Shown here: positions 26,051-39,300 of the stretch, one piece after another
How positions within the stretch are numbered: position 1 is the stretch's first letter
Layout: every line of letters begins with the position of its first letter
Origin: Eledone cirrhosa
Taxonomy: Eukaryota
NCBI GenBank assembly: GCA_964016885.1
Contig: OZ024744.1
Location: 120,342,001-120,406,000 of the forward strand
Reading direction: 5' to 3'
DNA: 64,000 nt
Position numbers and translations under genes: made by a program
Notes under the pieces: model-generated
Told to the model about the DNA's origin: nothing
Seen by the model: only the letters and a program-made list of their open reading frames with translations
Databases searched by the model: none

Positions 26051-29000
26051 CTGTGATCTCTCAATTCAGATATTCTTTCCTGAGACATTCTAACCACATG
26101 TCATAGTATCAGATCTGTGATCTCTCAATTCAGAGATTCTTTCCTGAGACATTCTAACCACATGTCATAGTATTAGAGCTGTGATCTCTCAATTCAGAGA
26201 TTATTTCCTGAGACATTCTTACCACATGTCATAGTATCAGAGCTGTGATATCTCAATTTAGAGATTCTTTCCTAAGACATTCTAACCACGTGTCATAGTA
26301 TCATAGCTGTGATCTCTCAATTCAGAGATTCTTTCTTGAAACATTCTAACCACATGTCATAGTATCAGAGCTGTGATATCTCAATTGAGAGATTCTTTCC
26401 TGAGATATTTTAACCACACATCATAGTATCAGAGCTGTCATCTCTCAATTCAGAGATTCTTTCCTGAGACATTCTAACCACATGTCATAGTATCAAAGCT
26501 GTGATCTCTCAATTTAGAGATTCTTTCATGAGATATTCTAACCACATGTCATAATATCAGAGCTATGATCTCTCAATTCAGAGATTCTTTCCTGAGACAT
26601 TCTAACCACATATCTGTAGTATCAGAGCTGTGAGCTCTCAATTCAGAGATTCTTTCCTGATACATTCTAACCACATGTCATAGTATCAGAGCTGTGATCT
26701 CTCAATTCAGAGATTCTTTCCTGGGATATTCTAACCACATGTCTTAGTATCAGGACTGTGATCTCTCAATTCAGAGATTCTTTCCTGAGACATTCTAACC
26801 ACATGTTTCAGGATCAGAGCTGTGATCTCTCAATTAAGAGATTCTTTCCTGAGACATTCTAACCACATGTCATAGTATCAGAGCTGTGATATCTCAATTG
26901 AGAGATTCTTTCCTGAGATACTTTAACCACATATCATAGTATCAGAGCTGTCATCTCTCAATTCAGAGATTCTTTCCTGAGACATTCTAACCACATGTCA
27001 TAGTGTCAGAGCTGTGATCTCTCAATTCAGAGATTCTTTCCTGATACATTCTAACCACATGTCATAGTATCAGAGCTGTGATCTCTCAATTCAGAGATTC
27101 TTTCCTGAGACATTCTAACCACGTCATAGTATCAGAGCTGTGATAATTCAATTCAGAGATTCTTTCCTGAGACATTCTAATCACATGTCAAAGTATCAGA
27201 GCTGTGATCTCTAGATTTAGATATTCTTTCCTGAGATATTCTAACCATATGTCATAGTATTAGAGCTGTGATCTCCCAATTCAGAGATACTTTCCTGAGA
27301 CATTCTAACGACATGTCTGTAGTATCAGAGCTGTGAACTCTCAATTCAGAGATTCTTTCCTGGGACATTCTAACCACATGTCATAGTATCAGGGCTGTGA
27401 TGTCTCAATTCAGAGATTCTTTCATGAGACATTCTAACCACATGTCACAGTATCAGAGCTGTGATATCTCAATTCAGAGATTCTTTCATGAGACGTTCTA
27501 ACTCCATGTCCACAGTATCAGAGTTGTGATCTCTCAATTCAGAGATTCTTTCCTGAGATATTCTAACCACATGTCATAGTATTAGAGCTGTGATCTCTCA
27601 ATTCAGAAATTCTTTCCTGAGATATTCTAACCACATGTCATAGTATCAGAGCTGTGATCTCTCAATTCAGAGATTCTTTCTTGAGACATTCTAACTCCAT
27701 GTCCACAGTATCAGAGATGTGAACTCTCAATTCAGAGATTCTTTCCTGAGACATTCTAAACACATGTCGTAGTATCAGAGCTGTGATCTCTCAATTCAGA
27801 GATTTTTTCCTGAGACATTCTAACCACATGTCATAGTATCAGAGCTGTGATCTCTCAATTCAGAGATTCTTTCTTGAGACATTCTAACTCCATGTCCACA
27901 GTATCAGAGATGTGAACTCTCAATTCAGAGATTCTTTCCTGAGACATTCTAAACACATGTCGTAGTATCAGAGCTGTGATCTCTCAATTCAGAGATTCTT
28001 TCCTGAGACATTCTAACCACATGTCATAGTATCATAGCTGTGATCTCTCAATTCAGAGATTCTTTCCTGAGACATTCAAACCACATGTCATAGTATCAGA
28101 GATGTGAACTCTCAATTCAGAGATTCTTTCCTGAGACATTCTAACCACATGTCATAGTATCAGGGCTGTGATCTCTCAATTCAGAGATTCTTTCATGAGA
28201 CATTCTGACCACATGTCACAGTATCAGTGCTGTGATATCTCAATTCAGAGATTCTTTCCTGAGACATTCCAACCACATGTCATAGTATCAGAGCTGTGAT
28301 CTCTTAATTTAGAGATTCTATCATGAGAAAATCTAACCACATGTCATAGTATCAGAGCTGTGATCTCTCAATTCAGAGATTCTTTCCTGAGACATTCTAA
28401 CCACATGTCATAGTATTAGATCTCTGATCTCTCAATTCAGAGATGCTTTCCTGAGAAATTCTAACCACATGTCTGTAGTATCAGAGCTGTGATCTCTCAA
28501 TTCAGAGATTATTTCCTGAGACATTCTAACCACATGTCATAGTATCAGAGCTGTGATCTCTCAATTTAGAGATTCTTTCCTGAGACATTCTAACCACATG
28601 TCATAGTATCATAGCTGTGATCTCTCAATTCAGAGATTCTTTCCTGAGACATTCTAACCACATGTCATAGTATTAGATCTCTGATCTCTCAATTCAGAGA
28701 TTCTTTCCTGAGAAATTCTAACCACATGTCTGTAGTATCAGAGCTGTGATCTTTCAATTCAGAGATTATTTCCTGAGACATTCTTACTCCATGTCCACAG
28801 TATCAGAGCTGTGATCTCTCAATTCAGAGATTCTTTCCTGAGACATTCTAACCACATGTCATAATATCAGTGTTGTGATCTCTCAATTCAGAGATTCTTT
28901 CATGAGATATTCTAACAACATGTCATAGTATCAGAGCTGTGATCTCTCAATTCAGAGATTCTTTCCTGGGATATTCTAACCACATGTCATAGTATCAGAG

Positions 29001-30350
29001 CTGTGATCTCTCAATTCAGATATTCTTTCCTGAGACATTCTAACCACATGTCATAGTATCAGATCTGTGATCTCTCAATTCAGAGATTCTTTCCTGAGAC
29101 ATTCTAACCACATGTCATAGTATTAGAGCTGTGATCTCTCAATTCAGAGATTATTTCATGAGACATTCTTACCACATGTCATAGTATCAGAGCTGTGATA
29201 TCTCAATTTAGAGATTCTTTCCTAAGACATTCTAACCACGTGTCATAGTATCATAGCTGTGATCTCTCAATTCAGAGATTCTTTCTTGAAACATTCTAAC
29301 CACATGTCATAGTATCAGAGCTGTGATATCTCAATTGAGAGATTCTTTCCTGAGATATTTTAACCACACATCATAGTATCAGAGCTGTCATCTCTCAATT
29401 CAGAGATTCTTTCCTGAGACATTCTAACCACATGTCATAGTATCAAAGCTGTGATCTCTCAATTTAGAGATTCTTTCATGAGATATTCTAACCACATGTC
29501 ATAATATCAGAGCTATGATCTCTCAATTCAGAGATTCTTTCCTGAGACATTCTAACCACATATCTGTAGTATCAGAGCTGTGAGCTCTCAATTCAGAGAT
29601 TCTTTCCTGATACATTCTAACCACATGTCATAGTATCAGAGCTGTGATCTCTCAATTCAGAGATTCTTTCCTGGGATATTCTAACCACATGTCTTAGTAT
29701 CAGGACTGTGATCTCTCAATTCAGAGATTCTTTCCTGAGACATTCTAACCACATGTTTCAGGATCAGAGCTGTGATCTCTCAATTAAGAGATTCTTTCCT
29801 GAGACATTCTAACCACATGTCATAGTATCAGAGCTGTGATATCTCAATTGAGAGATTCTTTCCTGAGATACTTTAACCACATATCATAGTATCAGAGCTG
29901 TCATCTCTCAATTCAGAGATTCTTTCCTGAGACATTCTAACCACATGTCATAGTGTCAGAGCTGTGATCTCTCAATTCAGAGATTCTTTCCTGATACATT
30001 CTAACCACATGTCATAGTATCAGAGCTGTGATCTCTCAATTCAGAGATTCTTTCCTGAGACATTCTAACCACGTCATAGTATCAGAGCTGTGATAATTCA
30101 ATTCAGAGATTCTTTCCTGAGACATTCTAATCACATGTCAAAGTATCAGAGCTGTGATCTCTAGATTTAGATATTCTTTCCTGAGATATTCTAACCATAT
30201 GTCATAGTATTAGAGCTGTGATCTCCCAATTCAGAGATACTTTCCTGAGACATTCTAACGACATGTCTGTAGTATCAGAGCTGTGAACTCTCAATTCAGA
30301 GATTCTTTCCTGGGACATTCTAACCACATGTCATAGTATCAGGGCTGTGA
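24890..30350 (+). repeat. Higher-order tandem duplication, period 2950 bp (46 monomers)
   Basis: gacattcaaa 25121/28071, tgttgtgatc 25921/28871, caggactgtg 26751/29701 and gataattca 27142/30092 are all offset 2950. Confidence 0.88.
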
Positions 30351-33300
30351 TCTCTCAATTCAGAGATTCTTTCCTGAGACTTTCTAACCACATGTCATAG
30401 TATCAGAGCTGTCATCTCTCAATTAAGAGATTCTTTCCTGAGACATTCTAACCACATGTCATAGTATCAGAGCTGTGATCTCTTAATTTAGAGATTCTTT
30501 CATGAGATAATCTAACCACATGTCATAGTATCAGAGCTGTGATCTCTCAATTCAGAGATTCTCTCCTGAGACATTCTAACCGCATGTCATAGTATTAGAG
30601 CTGTGATCTCTCAATTCAGAGATTCTTTCCTGAGAAATTCTAACCACATGTCTGTAGTATCAGAGCTGTGATCTCTCAATTCAGAGATTCTTTCCTGAGA
30701 CGTTCTAACTCCATATCCACAGTAACAGAGCTGTGATCTCTCAATTCAGAGGTTCTTTCCTGAGACATTCTTACCACATGTCATAGTATCAGAGCTGTGA
30801 TCTCTCAATTTAGAGATTCTTTCATGAGATATTCTAACCACATGTCATAGTATCAGATCTGTGATCTCTCAATTCAGAGATTCTTTCCTGAGATATTCTA
30901 ACCACATGTCATAGTATCAGAGCTGTCATCTCTCAATTCAGAGATTCTTTCCTGAGACATTCTAACCACATGTCACAGTATCAGAGCTGTGATCTCTCAA
31001 TTCAGAGCTTCTTTCCTGAGACATTCTTACCACATGACATAGTATCAGAGCTGTGATCTCTCAATTCAGAGATTCTCTCCTGAGACGTTCTAACCACATC
31101 TCATAGTATTAGAGCTGTGATATCTCAATTCATATATTCTTTACTGAGAAATTGTAACCACATGTCTGTAGTATCAGAGCTGTGATCTCTCAATTCAGAG
31201 ATTCTTTCCTGAGACATTCTAACTCCATGTCCACAGTATCAGAGCTGTGATCTCTCAATTTAGAGATTCTTTCATGAGATATTCTAACCACATGTCATAA
31301 TATCAGAGCTATGATCTCTCAATTCAGAGATTCTTTCCTGAGACATTCTAACCACATGTCTGTAGTATCAGAGCTGTGATCTCTCAATTCAGAGATTCTT
31401 TCCTGATACATTATAACCACATGTCATAGTATCAGAGCTGTGATCTCTCAATTTAGATATTCTTTCCTGAGATATTCTAACCACATGTCATAGTATAAGA
31501 GCTGTGATATCTCAATTCAGAGATACTTTCCTGAGACATTCTAACCACATGTCTGTAGTATCAGAGCTGTGAACTCTCAATTCAGAGATTCTTTCCTGGG
31601 ACATTCTAACCAAATGTCATAGTATCAGGGCTGTGATCTCTCAATTCAGAGATTCTTTCCTGAGACATTCTAACCACATGTCATAGTATCAGAGCTGTCA
31701 TCTCTCAATTAAGAGATTCTTTCCTGAGACATTCTAACCACATGTCATAGTATCAGAGCTATGATCTCTTAATTTAGAGATTCCTTCATGAGATAATCTA
31801 ACCACATGTCATAGTATCAGAGCTGTGATCTCTCAATTCAGAGATTCTCTCCTGAGACATTCTAACCACATGTCATAGTATTAGAGCTGTGATCTCTCAA
31901 TTCAGAGATTCTTTCCTGAGAAATTCTAACCACATGTCTGTAGTATCAGAGCTGTGATCTCTCAATTCAGAGATTCTTTCCTGAGACGTTCTAACTCCAT
32001 ATCCTCAGTAACAGAGCTGTGATCTCTCAATTCAGAGATTCTTTCCTGAGACATTCTTACCACATGTCATAGTATCAGAGCTGTGATCTCTCAATTTAGA
32101 GATTCTTTCATGAGATATTCTAACCACATGTCATAGTATCAGATCTGTGATCTCTCAATTCAGAGATTCTTTCCTGAGACATTCTAACCACGTCATAGTA
32201 TCAGAGCTGTGATCTCTCAATTCAGAGATTCTCTCCTGAGACATTCTAACCACATGTCATAGTATTAGAGCTGTGATCTCTCAATTCATAGATTCTTTCC
32301 TGAGAAATTCTAACAACATGTCATAGTATCAGAGCTGTGATCTCTCAATTCAGATATTCTTTCCTGAGACATTGTAACCACATGTCATAGTATCAGAGCT
32401 GTGATCTCTCAATTTAGAGATTCTTTCATGAGATATTCTAACCACATGTCATAGTATCAGATATGTGATCTCTCAATTCAGAGATTCTTTCCTGAGATAT
32501 TCTAACCACATGTCATAGTATCAGAGCTGTCATCTCTCAATTAAGAGATTCTTTCCTGAGACATTCTAACCACATGTCATAGTATCAGAGCTGTGATGTC
32601 ATAATTTAGAGATTCTTTCATGAGATAATCTAACCACATGTCATAGTATCAGAGCTGTGATCTCTCAATTCAGAGATTCTCTCCTGAGACATTCTAACCG
32701 CATGTCATAGTATTTGAGCTGTGATCTCTCAATTCAGAGATTCTTTCCTGAGAAATTCTAACCACATGTCTGTAGTATCAGAGCTGTGATCTCTCAATTC
32801 AGAGATTCTTTCCTGAGACGTTCTAACTCCATATCCACAGTAACAGAGCTGTGATCTCTCAATTCAGAGATTCTTTCCTGAGACATTCTTACCACATGTC
32901 ATAGTATCAGAGCTGTGATCTCTCAATTTAGAGATTCTTTCATGAGATATTCTAACCACATGTCATAGTATCAGATCTGTGATCTCTCAATTCAGAGATT
33001 CTTTCCTGAGATATTCTAACCACATGTCATAGTATCAGAGCTGTCATCTCTCAATTCAGAGATTCTTTCCTGAGACATTCTAACCACATGTCACAGTATC
33101 AGAGCTGTGATCTCTCAATTCAGAGCTTCTTTCCTGAGACATTCTTACCACATGTCATAGTATCAGAGCTGTGATCTCTCAATTCAGATATTCTTTCCTG
33201 AGACATTCTAACCACATGTCATATTATCGGATCTGTGATCTCTCAATTCAGAGATTCTTTCCTGGGACATTCTAACCACATGTCATAGTATTAGAGCTGT

Positions 33301-36300
33301 GATCTCTCAATTCAGAGCTTCTTTCCTGAGACATTCTTACCACATGTCATAGTATCAGAGCTGTGATCTCTCAATTTAGAGATTCTTTCCCGAGACATTC
33401 CAACCACATGTCATAGTATCAGAGCTGTGATCTCTCAATTCAGAGATTCTTTCCTGAGACATTCTAGCCACATGTCATATTATCAGAGCTATGATATCTC
33501 AATTGAGAGATTCTTTCCTGAGATATTTTAACCACATATCATAGTATCAGAGCTGTCATCTCTCAATTCAGAGATTCTTTCCTGAGACATTCTAACCACA
33601 TGTCATAGTATCAGAGCTGTGATCTCTCAATTTAGAGATTCTTTCATGAGAAATTCTAACCACATGTCTGTAGTATCAGAGCTGTGATCTTTCAATTCAG
33701 AGATTATTTCCTGAGACATTGTAACTCCATGTCCACAGTATCAGAGCTGTGATCTCTCAATTCAGAGATTCTTTCCTGAGACATTCTAACCACATGTCAT
33801 AATATCAGTGTTGTGATCTCTCAATTCAGAGATTCTTTCATGAGATATTCTAACAACATGTCATAGTATCAGAGCTGTGATCTCTCAATTCAGAGATTAT
33901 TTCCTGGGATATTCTAACCACATGTCATAGTATCAGAGCTGTGATCTCTCAATTCAGATATTCTTTCCTGAGACATTCTAACCACATGTCATAGTATCAG
34001 ATCTGTGATCTCTCAATTCAGAGATTCTTTCCTGAGACATTCTAACCACATGTCATAGTATTAGAGCTGTGATCTCTCAATTCAGAGATTATTTCCTGAG
34101 ACATTCTTACCACATGTCATAGTATCAGAGCTGTGATATCTCAATTTAGAGATTCTTTCCTAAGACATTCTAACCACGTGTCATAGTATCATAGCTGTGA
34201 TCTCTCAATTCAGAGATTCTTTCTTGAAACATTCTAACCACATGTCATAGTATCAGAGCTGTGATATCTCAATTGAGAGATTCTTTCCTGAGATATTTTA
34301 ACCACACATCATAGTATCAGAGCTGTCATCTCTCAATTCAGAGATTCTTTCCTGAGACATTCTAACCACATGTCATAGTATCAAAGCTGTGATCTCTCAA
34401 TTTAGAGATTCTTTCATGAGATATTCTAACCACATGTCATAATATCAGAGCTATGATCTCTCAATTCAGAGATTCTTTCCTGAGACATTCTAACCACATA
34501 TCTGTAGTATCAGAGCTGTGATCTCTCAATTCAGAGATGCTTTCCTGATACATTCTAACCACATGTCATAGTATCAGAGCTGTGATCTCTCAATTCAGAG
34601 ATTCTTTCCTGAGACATTCTAACCACATGTTTCAGGATCAGAGCTGTGATCTCTCAATTAAGAGATTCTTTCCTGAGACATTCTAACCACATGTCATAGT
34701 ATCAGATCTGTGATATCTCAATTGAGAGATTCTTTCCTGAGATACTTTAACCACATATCATAGTATCAGAGCTGTCATCTCTCAATTCAGAGATTCTTTC
34801 CTGAGACATTCTAACCACATGTCATAGTGTCAGAGCTGTGATCTCTCAATTCAGAGATTCTTTCCTGATACATTCTAACCACATGTCATAGTATCAGAGC
34901 TGTGATCTCTCAATTCAGAGATTCTTTCCTGAGACATTCTAACCACGTCATAGTATCAGAGCTGTGATAATTCAATTCAGAGATTCTTTCCTGAGACATT
35001 CTAATCACATGTCAAAGTATCAGAGCTGTGATCTCTAGATTTAGATATTCTTTCCTGAGATATTCTAACCATATGTCATAGTATTAGAGCTGTGATCTCC
35101 CAATTCAGAGATACTTTCCTGAGACATTCTAACGACATGTCTGTAGTATCAGAGCTGTGAACTCTCAATTCAGAGATTCTTTCCTGGGACATTCTAACCA
35201 CATGTCATAGTATCAGGGCTGTGATCTCTCAATTCAGAGATTCTTTCCTGAGACTTTCTAACCACATGTCATAGTATTAGAGCTGTGATCTCTCAATTCA
35301 GAGATTCTTTCCTGAGAAATTCTAACCACATGTCTGTAGTATCAGAGCTGTGATCTCTCAATTCAGAGATTCTTTCCTGAGACGTTCTAACTCCATATCC
35401 ACAGTAACAGAGCTGTGATCTCTCAATTCAGAGGTTCTTTCCTGAGACATTCTTACCACATGTCATAGTATCAGAGCTGTGATCTCTCAATTTAGAGATT
35501 CTTTCCTGAGACATTCTAACCACATGTCATAGTATCAGGGCTGTGATCTCTCAATTCAGAGATTCTTTCCTGAGACATTCTAACCACATGTCATAGTATC
35601 AGATCTGTGATCTCTCAATTTAGAGATTCTTTCATGAGATATTCTAACCACATGTCATAATATCAGAGCTATGATCTCTCAATTCAGAGATTCTTTCCTG
35701 AGACATTCTAACCACATGTCTGTAGTATCAGAGCTGTGATCTCTCAATTCAGAGATTCTTTCCTGATACATTATAACCACATGTCATAGTATCAGAGCTG
35801 TGATCTCTCAATTTAGATATTCTTTCCTGAGATATTCTAACCACATGTCATAGTATAAGAGCTGTGATATCTCAATTCAGAGATACTTTCCTGAGACATT
35901 CTAACCACATGTCTGTAGTATCAGAGCTGTGAACTCTCAATTCAGAGATTCTTTCCTGGGACATTCTAACCAAATGTCATAGTATCAGGGCTGTGATCTC
36001 TCAATTCAGAGATTCTTTCCTGAGACATTCTAACCACATGTCATAGTATCAGAGCTGTCATCTCTCAATTAAGAGATTCTTTCCTGAGACATTCTAACCA
36101 CATGTCATAGTATCAGAGCTATGATCTCTTAATTTAGAGATTCTTTCATGAGATAATCTAACCACATGTCATAGTATCAGAGCTGTGATCTCTCAATTCA
36201 GAGATTCTCTCCTGAGACATTCTAACCACATGTCATAGTATTAGAGCTGTGATCTCTCAATTCAGAGATTCTTTCCTGAGAAATTCTAACCACATGTCTG

Positions 36301-39300
36301 TAGTATCAGAGCTGTGATCTCTCAATTCAGAGATTCTTTCCTGAGACGTTCTAACTCCATATCCTCAGTAACAGAGCTGTGATCTCTCAATTCAGAGATT
36401 CTTTCCTGAGACATTCTTACCACATGTCATAGTATCAGAGCTGTGATCTCTCAATTTAGAGATTCTTTCATGAGATATTCTAACCACATGTCATAGTATC
36501 AGATCTGTGATCTCTCAATTCAGAGATTCTTTCCTGAGATATTCTAACCACATGTCATAGTATCAGAGCTGTGATCTCTCAATTCAGAGATTCTCTCCTG
36601 AGACATTCTAACCACATGTCATAGTATTAGAGCTGTGATCTCTCAATTCATAGATTCTTTCCTGAGAAATTCTAACAACATGTCATAGTATCAGAGCTGT
36701 GATCTCTCAATTCAGATATTCTTTCCTGAGACATTGTAACCACATGTCATAGTATCAGAGCTGTGATCTCTCAATTTAGAGATTCTTTCATGAGATATTC
36801 TAACCACATGTCATAGTATCAGATATGTGATCTCTCAATTCAGAGATTCTTTCCTGAGATATTCTAACCACATGTCATAGTATCAGAGCTGTCATCTCTC
36901 AATTAAGAGATTCTTTCCTGAGACATTCTAACCACATGTCATAGTATCAGAGCTGTGATGTCATAATTTAGAGATTCTTTCATGAGATAATCTAACCACA
37001 TGTCATAGTATCAGAGCTGTGATCTCTCAATTCAGAGATTCTCTCCTGAGACATTCTAACCGCATGTCATAGTATTAGAGCTGTGATCTCTCAATTCAGA
37101 GATTCTTTCCTGAGAAATTCTAACCACATGTCTGTAGTATCAGAGCTGTGATCTCTCAATTCAGAGATTCTTTCCTGAGACGTTCTAACTCCATATCCAC
37201 AGTAACAGAGCTGTGATCTCTCAATTCAGAGATTCTTTCCTGAGACATTCTTACCACATGTCATAGTATCAGAGCTGTGATCTCTCAATTTAGAGATTCT
37301 TTCATGAGATATTCTAACCACATGTCATAGTATCAGATCTGTGATCTCTCAATTCAGAGATTCTTTCCTGAGATATTCTAACCACATGTCATAGTATCAG
37401 AGCTGTCATCTCTCAATTCAGAGATTCTTTCCTGAGACATTCTAACCACATGTCACAGTATCAGAGCTGTGATCTCTCAATTCAGAGCTTCTTTCCTGAG
37501 ACATTCTTACCACATGTCATAGTATCAGAGCTGTGATCTCTCAATTCAGATATTCTTTCCTGAGACATTCTAACCATATGTCATATTATCGGATCTGTGA
37601 TCTCTCAATTCAGAGATTCTTTCCTGGGACATTCTAACCACATGTCATAGTATTAGAGCTGTGATCTCTCAATTCAGAGCTTCTTTCCTGAGACATTCTT
37701 ACCACATGTCATAGTATCAGAGCTGTGATCTCTCAATTTAGAGATTCTTTCCCGAGACATTCCAACCACATGTCATAGTATCAGAGCTGTGATCTCTCAA
37801 TTCAGAGATTCTTTCCTGAGACATTCTAGCCACATGTCATATTATCAGAGCTATGATATCTCAATTGAGAGATTCTTTCCTGAGATATTTTAACCACATA
37901 TCATAGTATCAGAGCTGTCATCTCTCAATTCAGAGATTCTTTCCTGAGACATTCTAACCACATGTCATAGTATCAGAGCTGTGATCTCTCAATTTAGAGA
38001 TTCTTTCATGAGATATTCTAACCACATGTCATAATATCAGAGCTATGATCTCTCAATTCAGAGATTCTTTCCTGAGACATTCTAACCACATGTCTGTAGT
38101 ATCAGAGCTGTGATCTCTCAATTCAGAGATTCTTTCCTGATATATTATAACCACATGTCATAGTATCAGAGCTGTGATCTCTCAATTTAGATATTCTTTC
38201 CTGAGATATTCTAACCACATGTCATAGTATCAGAGCTATGATCTCTTAATTTAGAGATTCTTTCATGAGATAATCTAACCACATGTCATAGTATCAGAGC
38301 TGTGATCTCTCAATTCAGAGATTCTCTTCTGAGACATTCTAACCACATGTCATAGTATTAGAGCTGTGATCTCTCAATTCAGAGATTCTTTCCTGAGAAA
38401 TCCTAACCACATGTCTGTAGTATCAGAGCTGTGAACTCTCAATTCAGAGATTCTTTCCTGGGACATTCTAACCAAATGTCATAGTATCAGGGCTGTGATC
38501 TCTCAATTCAGAGATTCTTTCCTGAGACATTCTAACCACATGTCATAGTATCAGATCTGTGATCTCTCAATTCAGAGATTCTTTCCTGGGACATTCTAAC
38601 CACATGTCATAGTATTAGAGGTGTGATCTCTCAATTCAGAGCTTCTTTCCAGAGACATTCTTACCACATGTCATAGTATCAGAGCTGTGATCTCTCAATT
38701 TAGAGATTCTTTCCTGAGACATTCTAACCACATGTCATAGTATCAGAGCTGTGATCTCTCAATTCAGATATTCTTTCCTGAGACATTCTAACCACATGTC
38801 ATAGTATCGGATCTGTGATCTCTCAATTCAGAGATTCTTTCCTGGGACATTCTAACCACATGTCATAGTATTAGAGCTGTGATCTCTCAATTCAGAGCTT
38901 CTTTCCTGAGACATTCTTACCACATGTCATAGTATCAGAGCTGTGATCTCTCAATTTAGAGATTCTTTCCTGAGACATTCCAACCACATGTCATAGTATC
39001 AGAGCTGTGATCTCTCAATTCAGAGATTCTTTCCTGAGACATTCTAACCACATGTCATATTATCAGAGCTATGATATCTCAATTGAGAGATTCTTTCCTG
39101 AGATATTTTAACCACATATCATAGTATCAGAGCTGTCATCTCTCAATTCAGAGATTCTTTCCTGAGACATTCTAACCACATGTCATAGTATCAGAGCTGT
39201 GATCTCTCAATTTAGAGATTCTTTCATGAGATATTCTAACCACATGTCATAATATTAGAGCTATGATCTCTCAATTCAGAGATTCTTTCCTGAGACATTC

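Noticed and set aside
16861-29960. Exactly 12000-bp offset as a sign of artificial construction
   Set aside because: The offset changes to 12064 nearby and the copies differ by point changes, so the round number is probably coincidence.
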